Positions 47,889 through 55,006 of a stretch of 55,006 bases of DNA are shown in pieces; within the stretch, counting starts at the first letter, position 1; every line of letters begins with the position of its first letter. Location of the stretch: assembly GCA_964445655.1 (NCBI GenBank), contig CAYULV010000003.1, positions 1 through 55,006 of the forward strand, written 5' to 3'. The notes under the pieces are model-generated. The model saw only the letters and a list, made by a program, of their open reading frames with translations, searched no databases and was not told the DNA's origin. The stretch is from an uncultured Granulosicoccaceae bacterium (GTDB lineage: Bacteria > Pseudomonadota > Gammaproteobacteria > Granulosicoccales > Granulosicoccaceae). A program made the translations under genes and the position numbers.

Positions 47889-50071
47889 ACACAGCTCCTG
47901 TCGTTCGCGATGTCGTATTGGTTGGTGGAGGCCATAGTCATGTGTTGCTGATTCGACGATGGGCGATGCAGCCAATGGCGGGAGTTCGTTTGACCTTGGT
48001 ATCAAACAGCTTTGAGTCCCCGTACTCGGGCATGTTGCCCGGTCTTATTGCTGGCCATTACAGTGTTGACGAAGTACATGTTGATCTGTTGCGCCTGTGC
48101 AACTGGGCTGGTGTTCGGTTCATCGAATCTACAATGTCATCGATTGATATGGATGCTCAGGAAATTCACCTTGATGGACGCCCGAATCTGGGGTTCGATG
48201 TGTTGTCGCTTGATACAGGTTCTACACCTGATGTGTCAGTGCCTGGTGCGCTTGAGAACGTAACCCCTGTGAAGCCTGTCTACAATTTTTTTGCGCGCTG
48301 GCAATCGATACTGGATCGATTGCGGGAGCAGAGTGATATGTCTGTAAGGATCGGAGTTGTTGGGTCTGGGGCAGGTGGTTTTGAATTGATGCAAGCGATT
48401 CTTCATGTGCTGCCAACCGGGTCTTGCCAGTGTCACTGGTTTTTACGCGATGAACAGGCGATGAGCTCTCGCCCGGTCAAGGTTCGTCAGCTTGCCGAAG
48501 CTGCAGCCAAAAAGGCAGGCGCTGTCATCCACAAAAAATTCGATGTGGTTCGTGTCGAACGGAATCGGGTTATGTCAGCGGATGGACGCGAGCAGGAGCT
48601 CGACGAAATCCTGTGGTGTACCGCAGCTACTGGTCCCTCTTGGCCGCAGCGATCGGGCCTTGCCGTCGATGACCGAGGGTTCGTTGCAACCAATGAATAC
48701 CTTCAAAGTCTCTCGCACCCAAACGTGTTTGCGACAGGTGATATCGGCACGCAACAATCGACACCCAGTACGAAGGCGGGTGTGTTTGCGGTAAGACAAG
48801 CGCCTTATCTCTTCGACAATATACGTCGCCTTCTACTGGAACAACCTTTAAAGAAATATCGGCCACAAAAAGACTTTCTTAGTCTTATGGCGGTCGGGCC
48901 AAAACGTGCTATTGCGAGTCGTGGTCCGTTTGCTATCGAGGCTGACTGGGTGTGGCGATGGAAGGATCATATCGATCGCAAGTTCATGAAGCAATTTATC
49001 GACTTGCCAGACATGTCTTTGCGAAAGAGTTACCTGAAAACGCCAGAGAAACTCAAGACGGAGACCATGCATTGTCGTGGATGTGGGTCAAAGGTTGGAG
49101 GCACTATTCTCGACTCAGTGCTTTCAGGAGACGGCATGCCGCGCATGAGCGAAAGTATGTCGCCAGCTGCCGACGTAGCGGTGATCGAGCCGATGACTAC
49201 TCGTTGGATTCAATCCATTGACCAGATCAATGCTGTGATTGACGATCCTTACTTATTAGGAAAAATTGCAACACTCCATGCTTTGAGTGATGTTACTACG
49301 ATGCCTTCGGTCCCGCATTCTGCGCTACTGGTCGCAACACTTCCTCAGGCTGTTGAGAAGATCGCTAAGCGTGATTTGACCCTGTTGATGAAAGGTGTAT
49401 CAGAAGTTTTGAGTACTGAATCAATGCAGTTACTGGGTGGACACACCGCACAGGGTGCGGAACTGTCGCTTGGGGTTGTGGTAAACGCCACCTTGTCGGA
49501 CGAGGCGTTACCAATCAATGAAGTAAGATCTCAAGTGCGCAGTGGCCAACAATTGATCTTGACGCAGGCGTTGGGGATTGGAACCTTGTTCCGAGGATTG
49601 ATGGAAGCGCGCACCAAGGGCAGGGATGTGAACACAGCGATACAGGCGATGTTGACTAACAATCGACCGGCTAGTGAAATATTACGAGAAAGCGGTGCAT
49701 TAGCGATGACAGACGTCACAGGTTTCGGCTTGCTCGGTCACCTTCAACGATTGCTACAGGGTCTTGAGTCAGGGGCAGAAATCAGCGTTGAGTCGATACC
49801 GATTTTGAGTGGAGCTTTCGATCTAGCCAAACAAGGTGTCAGAAGCTCATTGTGGCCACAGAACAAACAGTTACTGGAAAATTTTACGATACAGGCCGAT
49901 ATTGATGAAGTTCAACTGTCCTTGCTTTGCGATCCGCAAACTGGTGGTGGATTGTTAGCAATAGTCCCATATGACAATGCCGAGTCCTGTTTGAGCAGAC
50001 TTATCGCTGATGGGTATTCAGATGCTGCAATCATTGGATCGATTGCTGACTCCGGTTTGTCGATACATTGA
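47885..50071 (+). CDS. selD: Selenide, water dikinase SelD fused to an N-terminal FAD-dependent pyridine nucleotide-disulfide oxidoreductase
   Basis: N-terminal GGGHSH, PYSGMLPG, GSGAGG, FATGD, KAGVFAVRQ, WKDHIDRKFM. C-terminal CRGCGSKV, DDPY, HALSD, GGHT, TDVTGFGLLGH, DPQTGGGLL. Confidence 0.93.
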   Translation: MNTAPVVRDVVLVGGGHSHVLLIRRWAMQPMAGVRLTLVSNSFESPYSGMLPGLIAGHYSVDEVHVDLLRLCNWAGVRFIESTMSSIDMDAQEIHLDGRPNLGFDVLSLDTGSTPDVSVPGALENVTPVKPVYNFFARWQSILDRLREQSDMSVRIGVVGSGAGGFELMQAILHVLPTGSCQCHWFLRDEQAMSSRPVKVRQLAEAAAKKAGAVIHKKFDVVRVERNRVMSADGREQELDEILWCTAATGPSWPQRSGLAVDDRGFVATNEYLQSLSHPNVFATGDIGTQQSTPSTKAGVFAVRQAPYLFDNIRRLLLEQPLKKYRPQKDFLSLMAVGPKRAIASRGPFAIEADWVWRWKDHIDRKFMKQFIDLPDMSLRKSYLKTPEKLKTETMHCRGCGSKVGGTILDSVLSGDGMPRMSESMSPAADVAVIEPMTTRWIQSIDQINAVIDDPYLLGKIATLHALSDVTTMPSVPHSALLVATLPQAVEKIAKRDLTLLMKGVSEVLSTESMQLLGGHTAQGAELSLGVVVNATLSDEALPINEVRSQVRSGQQLILTQALGIGTLFRGLMEARTKGRDVNTAIQAMLTNNRPASEILRESGALAMTDVTGFGLLGHLQRLLQGLESGAEISVESIPILSGAFDLAKQGVRSSLWPQNKQLLENFTIQADIDEVQLSLLCDPQTGGGLLAIVPYDNAESCLSRLIADGYSDAAIIGSIADSGLSIH

Positions 50072-50104
50072 TTGTCGACGCCGGACTTTTGATAGCTTGG
50101 CGTT

Positions 50105-50557
50105 CTATACGATGGTCGACAGGAGGCCTGCGATCAATGACAAGACCGCTCCTGTCGTCAAAATTAGTCGAAGACGACCGAACCAGTTAGGCATTTTCTT
50201 TACCTTGACGGCTTCGTTATCCATTGCATACTGAAACAATAACCCGGCAACAAGCACCAAGAGCATATAGCGAGATGGAAGAAGCAATGCGGGCCAGGCG
50301 ATAAGACTTGGCACTACGCTCCACATTAAAGGGGCCCATTTCTGTACCTGTGCCTTGTTATTTAAAACCAGTCCCCAGCGAATGCCGCCCAGAAAGCTCA
50401 AGATCACCGCTCCGTAGGCTCCGAGTGACAACAGACCCGTTGCAGAGGACTTCACGTCGGCACTGAAACTCAGATAAGCGCTGATGAAAAACGGCAGAAG
50501 GCCTGCTAGTCCAAGTACCAGTGCTGGTGTTGGAATACGCTGTCGGGATTTCGCCAT
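50105..50557 (-). CDS. DUF3429 family membrane protein
   Basis: LGLAGLLPF, YGAVILSFLGGIRWG, SVVPSLIAW, PNWF..LRL.LT. Confidence 0.88.
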   Translation of the reverse strand: MAKSRQRIPTPALVLGLAGLLPFFISAYLSFSADVKSSATGLLSLGAYGAVILSFLGGIRWGLVLNNKAQVQKWAPLMWSVVPSLIAWPALLLPSRYMLLVLVAGLLFQYAMDNEAVKVKKMPNWFGRLRLILTTGAVLSLIAGLLSTIV

Positions 50558-50791
50558 CGGATAACTCGCGTCAGAGGGAAATTGAGAATTGTAGATGATC
50601 CGGGCTGCACGCAGGAATTCCGATGCCGATTGCTAACAGGTATGTTCGTGCCCATATACCGTGAACGGGTGATTTTCATGATTGCCTGAACGCATTCTCG
50701 ATGTGTTGGGAATAAAAAGGTTAGCTCTGTCGATTTTTCCGTTTTGACGTCATAATGGGGCTACCCTGAATATCCCATCGAATGATGGCGA

Positions 50792-52453
50792 ATGCTGCCA
50801 AGCGACTACTACCTAGCCAATTTCAACCATCTGGTGGATTTTGTTGATTCGACGTATCGAGAGCTACTCGATGACGAGGAGCGGGCTTGGTTGCAACGAT
50901 TGCGTAAATTGCCCAAATCTGCCCAGCAACTGTATGTTCGTTTGCTTGGTCGAAAGGCCACATTGTTTCGTGTAAGTCGGCTTTCTTATCCTGAAATTGA
51001 ATCGATTCCAATAGCTGTGAATCACTTGGTTGAGGTCGGTCTGGGTTCGGACGGCGCGGGTGATGAACTATCGACAATCCTGCGATCATTTACCAAACCG
51101 GAGTTGATCAATCGGCTTGAACTTGACGACGTGTCGAAATTGTCCCGGGTTGAATTGACTGATCACATAGAATCGGCGGACCATGCAACCCGCCTACGTT
51201 ATGTTGATCGTTTGGAAAAGTCGGATTCCTGGATCAGGGTAAATGGACATCATCATTTCGCGTTGTTCAGCTTGTGTTTCTTTGGCAACTTGTATCAGGA
51301 CAGTAGCGAGTTCGTACGTCGAGATCTAGGAACGCTTCGGTACGAGGACTATGTGATCAATGAGAGTCAACGCCCGTTCACATCGAGAAGGCAGCTAGAG
51401 TCCCATTTTCGATACTTCGAATGCGATGCAATTTCTCGGTCTATAGATTTCGATGATAAATCTGCTTTATTAAAGCTCTCCGATCAATTACCGCAACGTT
51501 GGCCGAAAGATCATCATCTTGACAGGCGAATAGATCGATTACGAAATCGTATTGCCCGTCAACTTGAGCGTTTGGGGGAGTATCGCGAGGCATTGGCGCT
51601 CTACAAGGAATCGCTTAACCCGCCTGGTCGTGAACGGGCAGCACGTTTGCTGTATAAATTGGAGGAGCATGTACATGCCAGAGATGTGTTGGCGAGAATT
51701 ATTGCAGAGCCGCGAGGTGAGGCGGAGCTTCAATTTGCTCAACAATTTTCAGTAAAAATTGGTGTTTCACAGAGCAAGCGAGAAAAGCCGTTCAAGCCGC
51801 AAATCACAAAGCTTGCGCTGAAAGAAAGCGAAGCTCGTGTCGAGATAGCTGCTAAAGAATTTTTCTCGCAGTTTGGCGATTGCTACTATGTCGAAAACAA
51901 CCTTATTGACGGTGTTTTGGGTTTGTTTATCTGGGATATCATCTTTGCCAATGTTTCCGGTGCTTTTTTTAACCCTTTTCAAAGTGCCCCAAGTGATTTT
52001 TACCATCAGGAATTCGTGGAAAAACGCCAAGTCTTGTTAGACAAGCGTATGCAAGATATCAATGATCCGGTTCGATTCGCCGCCACCGTAAGGGAAGTTT
52101 ATAAAACCCGTTATGGCATCGCCAATCCCTTGGTTCGTTGGCACAAACTACCGGAGCAATTGCTCTCAAAAGCGCTTCTACGAATTCCAGTGGAACACTG
52201 GAAATCCTTATTCTTGCGCTTACTTATGGATTTACGTGAAAATTCGTCTGGGTTGCCGGACTTGATCTTGTTTCCTGCAGATGGACATTATGAGCTGATT
52301 GAAATCAAAGGTCCGGGTGATGCAATACAAAAAAACCAACGTCGTTGGATGCGCTATTTTTCCGAACATGATATTCCGTGTCGAGTAGTGAATATTCGCT
52401 GGATACAACCGGCGCTGGCGCGAGACCCGATAAACCTGGAAACGGATGTCTAA
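50792..52453 (+). CDS. VRR-NUC domain nuclease (bacterial FAN1-like)
   Basis: YYLANF, LYVRL, LSYPEI, FFGNLYQD.SEFV, C-terminal GLPDL...EIKGPGD..QKNQRRW PD-(D/E)xK motif. Confidence 0.93.
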   Translation: MLPSDYYLANFNHLVDFVDSTYRELLDDEERAWLQRLRKLPKSAQQLYVRLLGRKATLFRVSRLSYPEIESIPIAVNHLVEVGLGSDGAGDELSTILRSFTKPELINRLELDDVSKLSRVELTDHIESADHATRLRYVDRLEKSDSWIRVNGHHHFALFSLCFFGNLYQDSSEFVRRDLGTLRYEDYVINESQRPFTSRRQLESHFRYFECDAISRSIDFDDKSALLKLSDQLPQRWPKDHHLDRRIDRLRNRIARQLERLGEYREALALYKESLNPPGRERAARLLYKLEEHVHARDVLARIIAEPRGEAELQFAQQFSVKIGVSQSKREKPFKPQITKLALKESEARVEIAAKEFFSQFGDCYYVENNLIDGVLGLFIWDIIFANVSGAFFNPFQSAPSDFYHQEFVEKRQVLLDKRMQDINDPVRFAATVREVYKTRYGIANPLVRWHKLPEQLLSKALLRIPVEHWKSLFLRLLMDLRENSSGLPDLILFPADGHYELIEIKGPGDAIQKNQRRWMRYFSEHDIPCRVVNIRWIQPALARDPINLETDV

Positions 52454-54794
52454 TATCCCGATTAAATTGTCTGTCTCTACGCTTGCCGACTTTTCCTGTC
52501 GATCGGGGGATCTGGGAGGCGTAAGCGTAGTTGGACCGTCAGCGACGGAAGGCATGCGGGCCCATCAGCGCGTACAAAAATTAGCGACCATCGATCCCGG
52601 TATTGAGTCTGAAGTCAGCTTGTCGGCAATGTTCGAGATTGGTGCTCGAACGATAAGCCTGAGCGGTCGTCTTGACTTGCTTGATACGGAGAAATTGACG
52701 GTCACTGAAATAAAGTCGACCTATGTACCTTGCGCCGAACTCAGCTCTGCACAAATCGAACGACATTGGTCACAAATTAGTTTGTACGGCGCATTACTGG
52801 CGCTGCAACAGAACCTTGAGATTGATGCGACGGTAACACTAGAGTTGATTTTGGTGAACATCCGTGCGAATACACAGGAAAGAATGACACGGGTTCTATC
52901 TGTATCCGAACTGACCGAGTTTACCGAAAAAGCGCTCAGTCAATATCTTCAATGGGTCTTGTTGATTGAGGCACGAGATCAAAAAATGCAGTTCTCGGCA
53001 ACCTCGCTTGCTTTCCCGTTCATTGAATTTCGGGATGGGCAGCGTGATATGTCAGCGGCAACCTACAGAGCTGCACGCGACAAATATTCGTTACTTTGCG
53101 AAGCACCTACAGGAATTGGAAAAACGATTAGTGCGCTCTTTCCGATCGTGAAGCTGCTTGGTGAAAAACAATTCTCGCAGGCGGTGTACCTGACTGCAAA
53201 AATTTCAGGCCAGCAATCGGCGTTCAATACCATAAGTGTACTGCAAGAACACGGTTTGTCGATTTCAGTAATCAGTATTCGATCGAAACAAACCACGTGC
53301 TTTTGTTCAAACGGACGTTGTGAGCGCGATGATGCTGGAATTTGCCCAATGACGTTGGGATTTTTCGATCGTCTGCCGGATGCTCGTAAAGAACTGCTCG
53401 GCTGTGGGGTGATCAGCGCTGAACAACTGGACGATATTGCCTGGAATCATCAATTGTGCCCATTCGAGCTCGCCTTACAGATGTTGCCATGGATGCATGT
53501 GGTTATTGCAGATTACAACTACGTGTTTGATCCACTGGTGCGTCTGCCGCATTTCTCTGAAGCGCGACGCGATACTGTGTTGTTGATTGACGAGGCTCAC
53601 AATCTGCTTGATCGATCTCGTTCTATGTTTTCCGCCAGTCTTGAACGAATCGCATGTATTGACGAGATTGACCGGTCGAGTCTCCGGCATATGAATGTGG
53701 CACGACAACTCGCGAAGCTGGAGAAAGGGCTGCTACGTATGGCTCCACCAGACAAGGCCATCGATGTAAAAGACACTGCTCCAGTTGGGATACTTCGCGC
53801 CGCTGCCAAAGTAGTGGAGGTGATAATTGATGGGTTCGGAAAATCTCCTGCCATCACAGAATCGCAATCGAATATGTTTCGTACCTTGTGTCGAATTGTG
53901 GCGATTGGTGAATTGTTTGGCGATGAGCATCGGGCGGTGACGAGACAATTTCAACAAGGTCGGAAAAAGCAGGTTCAGCTGATACTCAAGTGCCTTGATG
54001 CATCAACTGCTTTGTCACATCAGTACAAGCGATTTCGTTCGGTGATCATGTTCTCGGCAACGCTGCGACCAGAATATTTTTATCGCGATGTACTTGGGTT
54101 GCCAAGTGATACCAAACAGATACAGATAGATTCACCGTACGACTCAGAGAATGCCTTACATTGCTTGGTGCCATGGATCAATACACGGTATAAACGGCGA
54201 GAGAAATCAGCTCCTGATCTTGTACGCGTTATATATGAGGTGATCAAGGCAAAGGAAGGAAATTATCTGGTTTTTTTTCCTTCCTTCAGTTATCTGAATC
54301 AGATACAGCAGCTCTTCGATTCATGCTATCCATCTATCGAAACCTGGGTACAGTCGAGTCTCACGGATCCTGATGAATTGAACGAGCAGTTGCGTCGTCT
54401 GGATACACCAGGGCATCGAGTGGGTTTCGCGATACTAGGCGGAAAGTACGGTGAAGGTGTCGACTATCCAGGCGACAAATTGATTGGAGCCCTCGTTGTA
54501 GGAGTTGGACTTCCTGGATTCGATGAGGAACAAGCACTAATCCAGGATCATTTCGAGAAACGCGGTTTCGATGGTTACGATTTTACCTACCGCTATCCAG
54601 GGGTCACCCGCGTATTACAAACCGCTGGTAGAGTCATTCGTAGTGAATCGGATAAAGGGGTCATCATTTTAATTGATGACAGGTTTCGTGATCGTTTCTA
54701 TCAGAATATTTTCCCGGAGCATTGGAAAATGAATCGACTGACAGATATCGCGGAACTCGAGCACCACCTAAAATCGTTTTGGGATGTCCCATAA
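52446..54794 (+). CDS. DinG/XPD (Rad3)-family Fe-S helicase with N-terminal PD-(D/E)xK nuclease domain
   Basis: GRLD...EIKS...QISLY nuclease motifs; FRDGQ, APTGIGKT, Cys cluster (TCFC, CPM, LCPF), DYNY, IDEAHN, SATL, FFPSF, EGVD, QTAGRVIR. Overlaps the FAN1-like stop by 8 nt. Confidence 0.93.
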   Translation: MSNIPIKLSVSTLADFSCRSGDLGGVSVVGPSATEGMRAHQRVQKLATIDPGIESEVSLSAMFEIGARTISLSGRLDLLDTEKLTVTEIKSTYVPCAELSSAQIERHWSQISLYGALLALQQNLEIDATVTLELILVNIRANTQERMTRVLSVSELTEFTEKALSQYLQWVLLIEARDQKMQFSATSLAFPFIEFRDGQRDMSAATYRAARDKYSLLCEAPTGIGKTISALFPIVKLLGEKQFSQAVYLTAKISGQQSAFNTISVLQEHGLSISVISIRSKQTTCFCSNGRCERDDAGICPMTLGFFDRLPDARKELLGCGVISAEQLDDIAWNHQLCPFELALQMLPWMHVVIADYNYVFDPLVRLPHFSEARRDTVLLIDEAHNLLDRSRSMFSASLERIACIDEIDRSSLRHMNVARQLAKLEKGLLRMAPPDKAIDVKDTAPVGILRAAAKVVEVIIDGFGKSPAITESQSNMFRTLCRIVAIGELFGDEHRAVTRQFQQGRKKQVQLILKCLDASTALSHQYKRFRSVIMFSATLRPEYFYRDVLGLPSDTKQIQIDSPYDSENALHCLVPWINTRYKRREKSAPDLVRVIYEVIKAKEGNYLVFFPSFSYLNQIQQLFDSCYPSIETWVQSSLTDPDELNEQLRRLDTPGHRVGFAILGGKYGEGVDYPGDKLIGALVVGVGLPGFDEEQALIQDHFEKRGFDGYDFTYRYPGVTRVLQTAGRVIRSESDKGVIILIDDRFRDRFYQNIFPEHWKMNRLTDIAELEHHLKSFWDVP

Positions 54795-54796
54795 AG

Positions 54797-54856
54797 AGAA
54801 GCCCAGCTCCATTCAAGAAACCGGGCTTCTGATATTTCGCGCATCGGCGGATGCGC
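54797..54856. terminator. Hairpins between convergent genes
   Basis: AGAAGCCC...GGGCTTCT (54797-54830) and GCGCATC-GGCG-GATGCGC (54839-54856). Confidence 0.45.
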
Positions 54857-54868
54857 AAAAGGGCGGTA

Positions 54869-55006
54869 CTAAGAGCGCTTACGAGTTGTTCGCTTGGCGA
54901 CCGGCTTACGCTTGGCAGTTGTCTTGCGGGCAGGCTTCTTGGCAACCGGCTTACGCTTGGCGGTTGTCTTGCGAACTGGCTTCTTGGCAGCAGGCTTACG
55001 CTTGGC
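54869..55006 (-). CDS. C-terminus of a histone H1-like Lys/Ala/Arg/Pro-repeat protein, 5' end outside the window
   Basis: Hand translation: AKRKPAAKKPVRKTTAKRKPVAKKPARKTTAKRKPVAKRTTRKRS* with TAG at 54871-54869. 45-bp (15-aa) repeat unit. Confidence 0.8.
   Translation of the reverse strand, partial: AKRKPAAKKPVRKTTAKRKPVAKKPARKTTAKRKPVAKRTTRKRS

Noticed and set aside
49066-49095. Possible selenocysteine (UGA) in SelD
   Set aside because: The active-site codons are TGT (Cys) and the frame has no internal TGA.
50558-50791. LexA/SOS box upstream of the FAN1-like gene
   Set aside because: No CTGT-N8-ACAG or GTTC-N7-GTTC match found by eye.
52446-54794. CasDinG / Cas4 of a CRISPR system
   Set aside because: No array or other cas genes. 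The context with a VRR-NUC gene fits a repair-type pair.

Overview
Gene-dense bacterial chromosomal segment of roughly 50-53% GC (estimated by eye). Gene content points to a marine gammaproteobacterium (inference only). I saw no rRNA, tRNA, CRISPR array, transposase or prophage. From left to right the window holds: a truncated TolB-like/TPR regulator; an orphan catabolic cluster (Asp/Glu racemase-family enzyme, ThDP enzyme, DadA-like flavoprotein, enolase-superfamily enzyme, TRAP DctPQM); a TauE/TauD pair; a periplasmic-binding-protein plus CHASE-PAS-GGDEF-EAL module; a stand-alone 376-aa disordered protein; ETF-QO; a beta-CASP nuclease; rlmKL; sohB; acyl-CoA genes; an Hpt plus REC-PAS-GGDEF-EAL pair; a haloacid dehalogenase; a nucleoside hydrolase; an Ig-domain lipoprotein; a Kef-like transporter; a nucleoside ABC transporter; argG-selU-(oxidoreductase-SelD); a FAN1-like nuclease with a nuclease-DinG/XPD helicase; and a truncated histone H1-like ORF. 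The most unusual signals are four. (1) A ~270-bp inverted-repeat-bounded element at 45.1-45.3 kb whose flanking genes show mirror-image, strand-specific third-position skews. (2) A Kef homologue that has lost its ion-binding and gating acidic residues and overlaps a gene resembling a phage antirepressor C-terminal domain. (3) The charge-blocked disordered protein with repeated DxIGNR/DxFGNR motifs behind a structured leader. (4) The catabolic cluster for an unknown TRAP substrate. All family calls come from motif recognition by eye; no database search was run.
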